This document shows positions 63,435 to 64,000 of a DNA stretch of 64,000 bases, in pieces. Positions within the stretch are counted from its first letter, which is position 1; each line of letters starts with the position of its first letter. The stretch covers positions 4,092,001 to 4,156,000 of the forward strand of contig NC_043010.1 of assembly GCF_006345805.1 (NCBI RefSeq), written 5' to 3'. The notes beneath the pieces are model-generated. The model was not told the DNA's origin. It searched no databases and saw only the letters and a list, made by a program, of their open reading frames with translations. This DNA is from Octopus sinensis. Taxonomy: Eukaryota. Position numbers and translations under genes: made by a program.

Positions 63435-63621
63435 GCAGGTATGGTTGTGTAGTAGGAAGTTCACTTCCCACCGACATGGCTCCAGGTTTAGTCCTTCTGC
63501 GTGACACCTTGGGCAAGCGTTTTTACTATAGCCCCAGGGCAACCATAGCCTAGTAAGTGGATTTGCAAGACTGAAACTGAAAGCAGTTTGTCGTGTGTGT
63601 GTGTGTGGTGTGTGTGTGTGT

Positions 63622-63664
<43 letters not shown>

Positions 63665-63865
63665 TGTGTGTTTGAGCCCCACATTTGCTCAACAACCTGT
63701 GTTTATGTTCCCGTAAACTCGCAGTTCGACAAAAGAGACCGGTAGAATAAGCAGGAGGCTTTAAAAAATAATGATTCTAGGTTCGATTCGCTTGCTTAAA
63801 ATTCTCGAAGACGGTGCCCCAGCATGGTCGCAGTCTACTGACTGAAACATGCAAAAGGTAAAATA
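63435..63865 (+). mobile_element. SINE family B (diverged)
   Basis: Same head, core and tail with central (GT)n. Confidence 0.75.
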
Positions 63866-64000
63866 GTTAACTATTAAACCTGTACTAGTTGCCTCCCTTA
63901 CTTACATTACCGCTGCACTTTTGCTTTATTTCCTGTTATTTGTTTCCAATGGTCTCTTGACAGTTGCTTTGTATTTTTCTTCATGTAACTCAGGTACGTC

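Overview
AT-rich eukaryotic genomic DNA packed with microsatellites and short interspersed repeats. The SINE families and the (AT)n/(ATAC)n/(ATT)n landscape look like an Octopus (coleoid cephalopod) genome; this is recognition by eye, not a database match. Most of the supplied ORF track is artefact from microsatellites, SINEs and antisense frames. Mobile elements: four recurring SINE families (called A-D here), fragments of RTE-, CR1/L2- and R4/Dong-type LINEs, an internally deleted mariner, a fold-back Tc1, two hAT-like MITEs and a non-autonomous Helitron. Main hidden signal: by hand-translating the minus strand I find many exon-like segments between about 15.8 and 51.5 kb with degenerate cadherin-repeat motifs (DxNDNxP-, DGGxP-, LDRE-like), broken by stops and frameshifts. 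Three small exons (20120-19970, 19472-19418, 19239-19125) have canonical splice sites, join in frame and encode a protocadherin-like cytoplasmic segment (SSDSDSGHGWSE...DICLEMEEDL). Best reading: a decayed, intron-containing protocadherin-like tandem array that may retain intact 3' exons. This is motif-level inference needing HMM and RNA-seq tests. Structural oddities: a 232-bp inverted templated insertion inside a LINE, a ~129-bp target-site-like duplication, repeated self-nesting of one SINE family, and microsatellite-bounded tandem duplications, one of which copies a putative exon. No CRISPR, rRNA or true tRNA genes were seen. SINE and LINE boundaries are approximate (about +/-10-20 bp).
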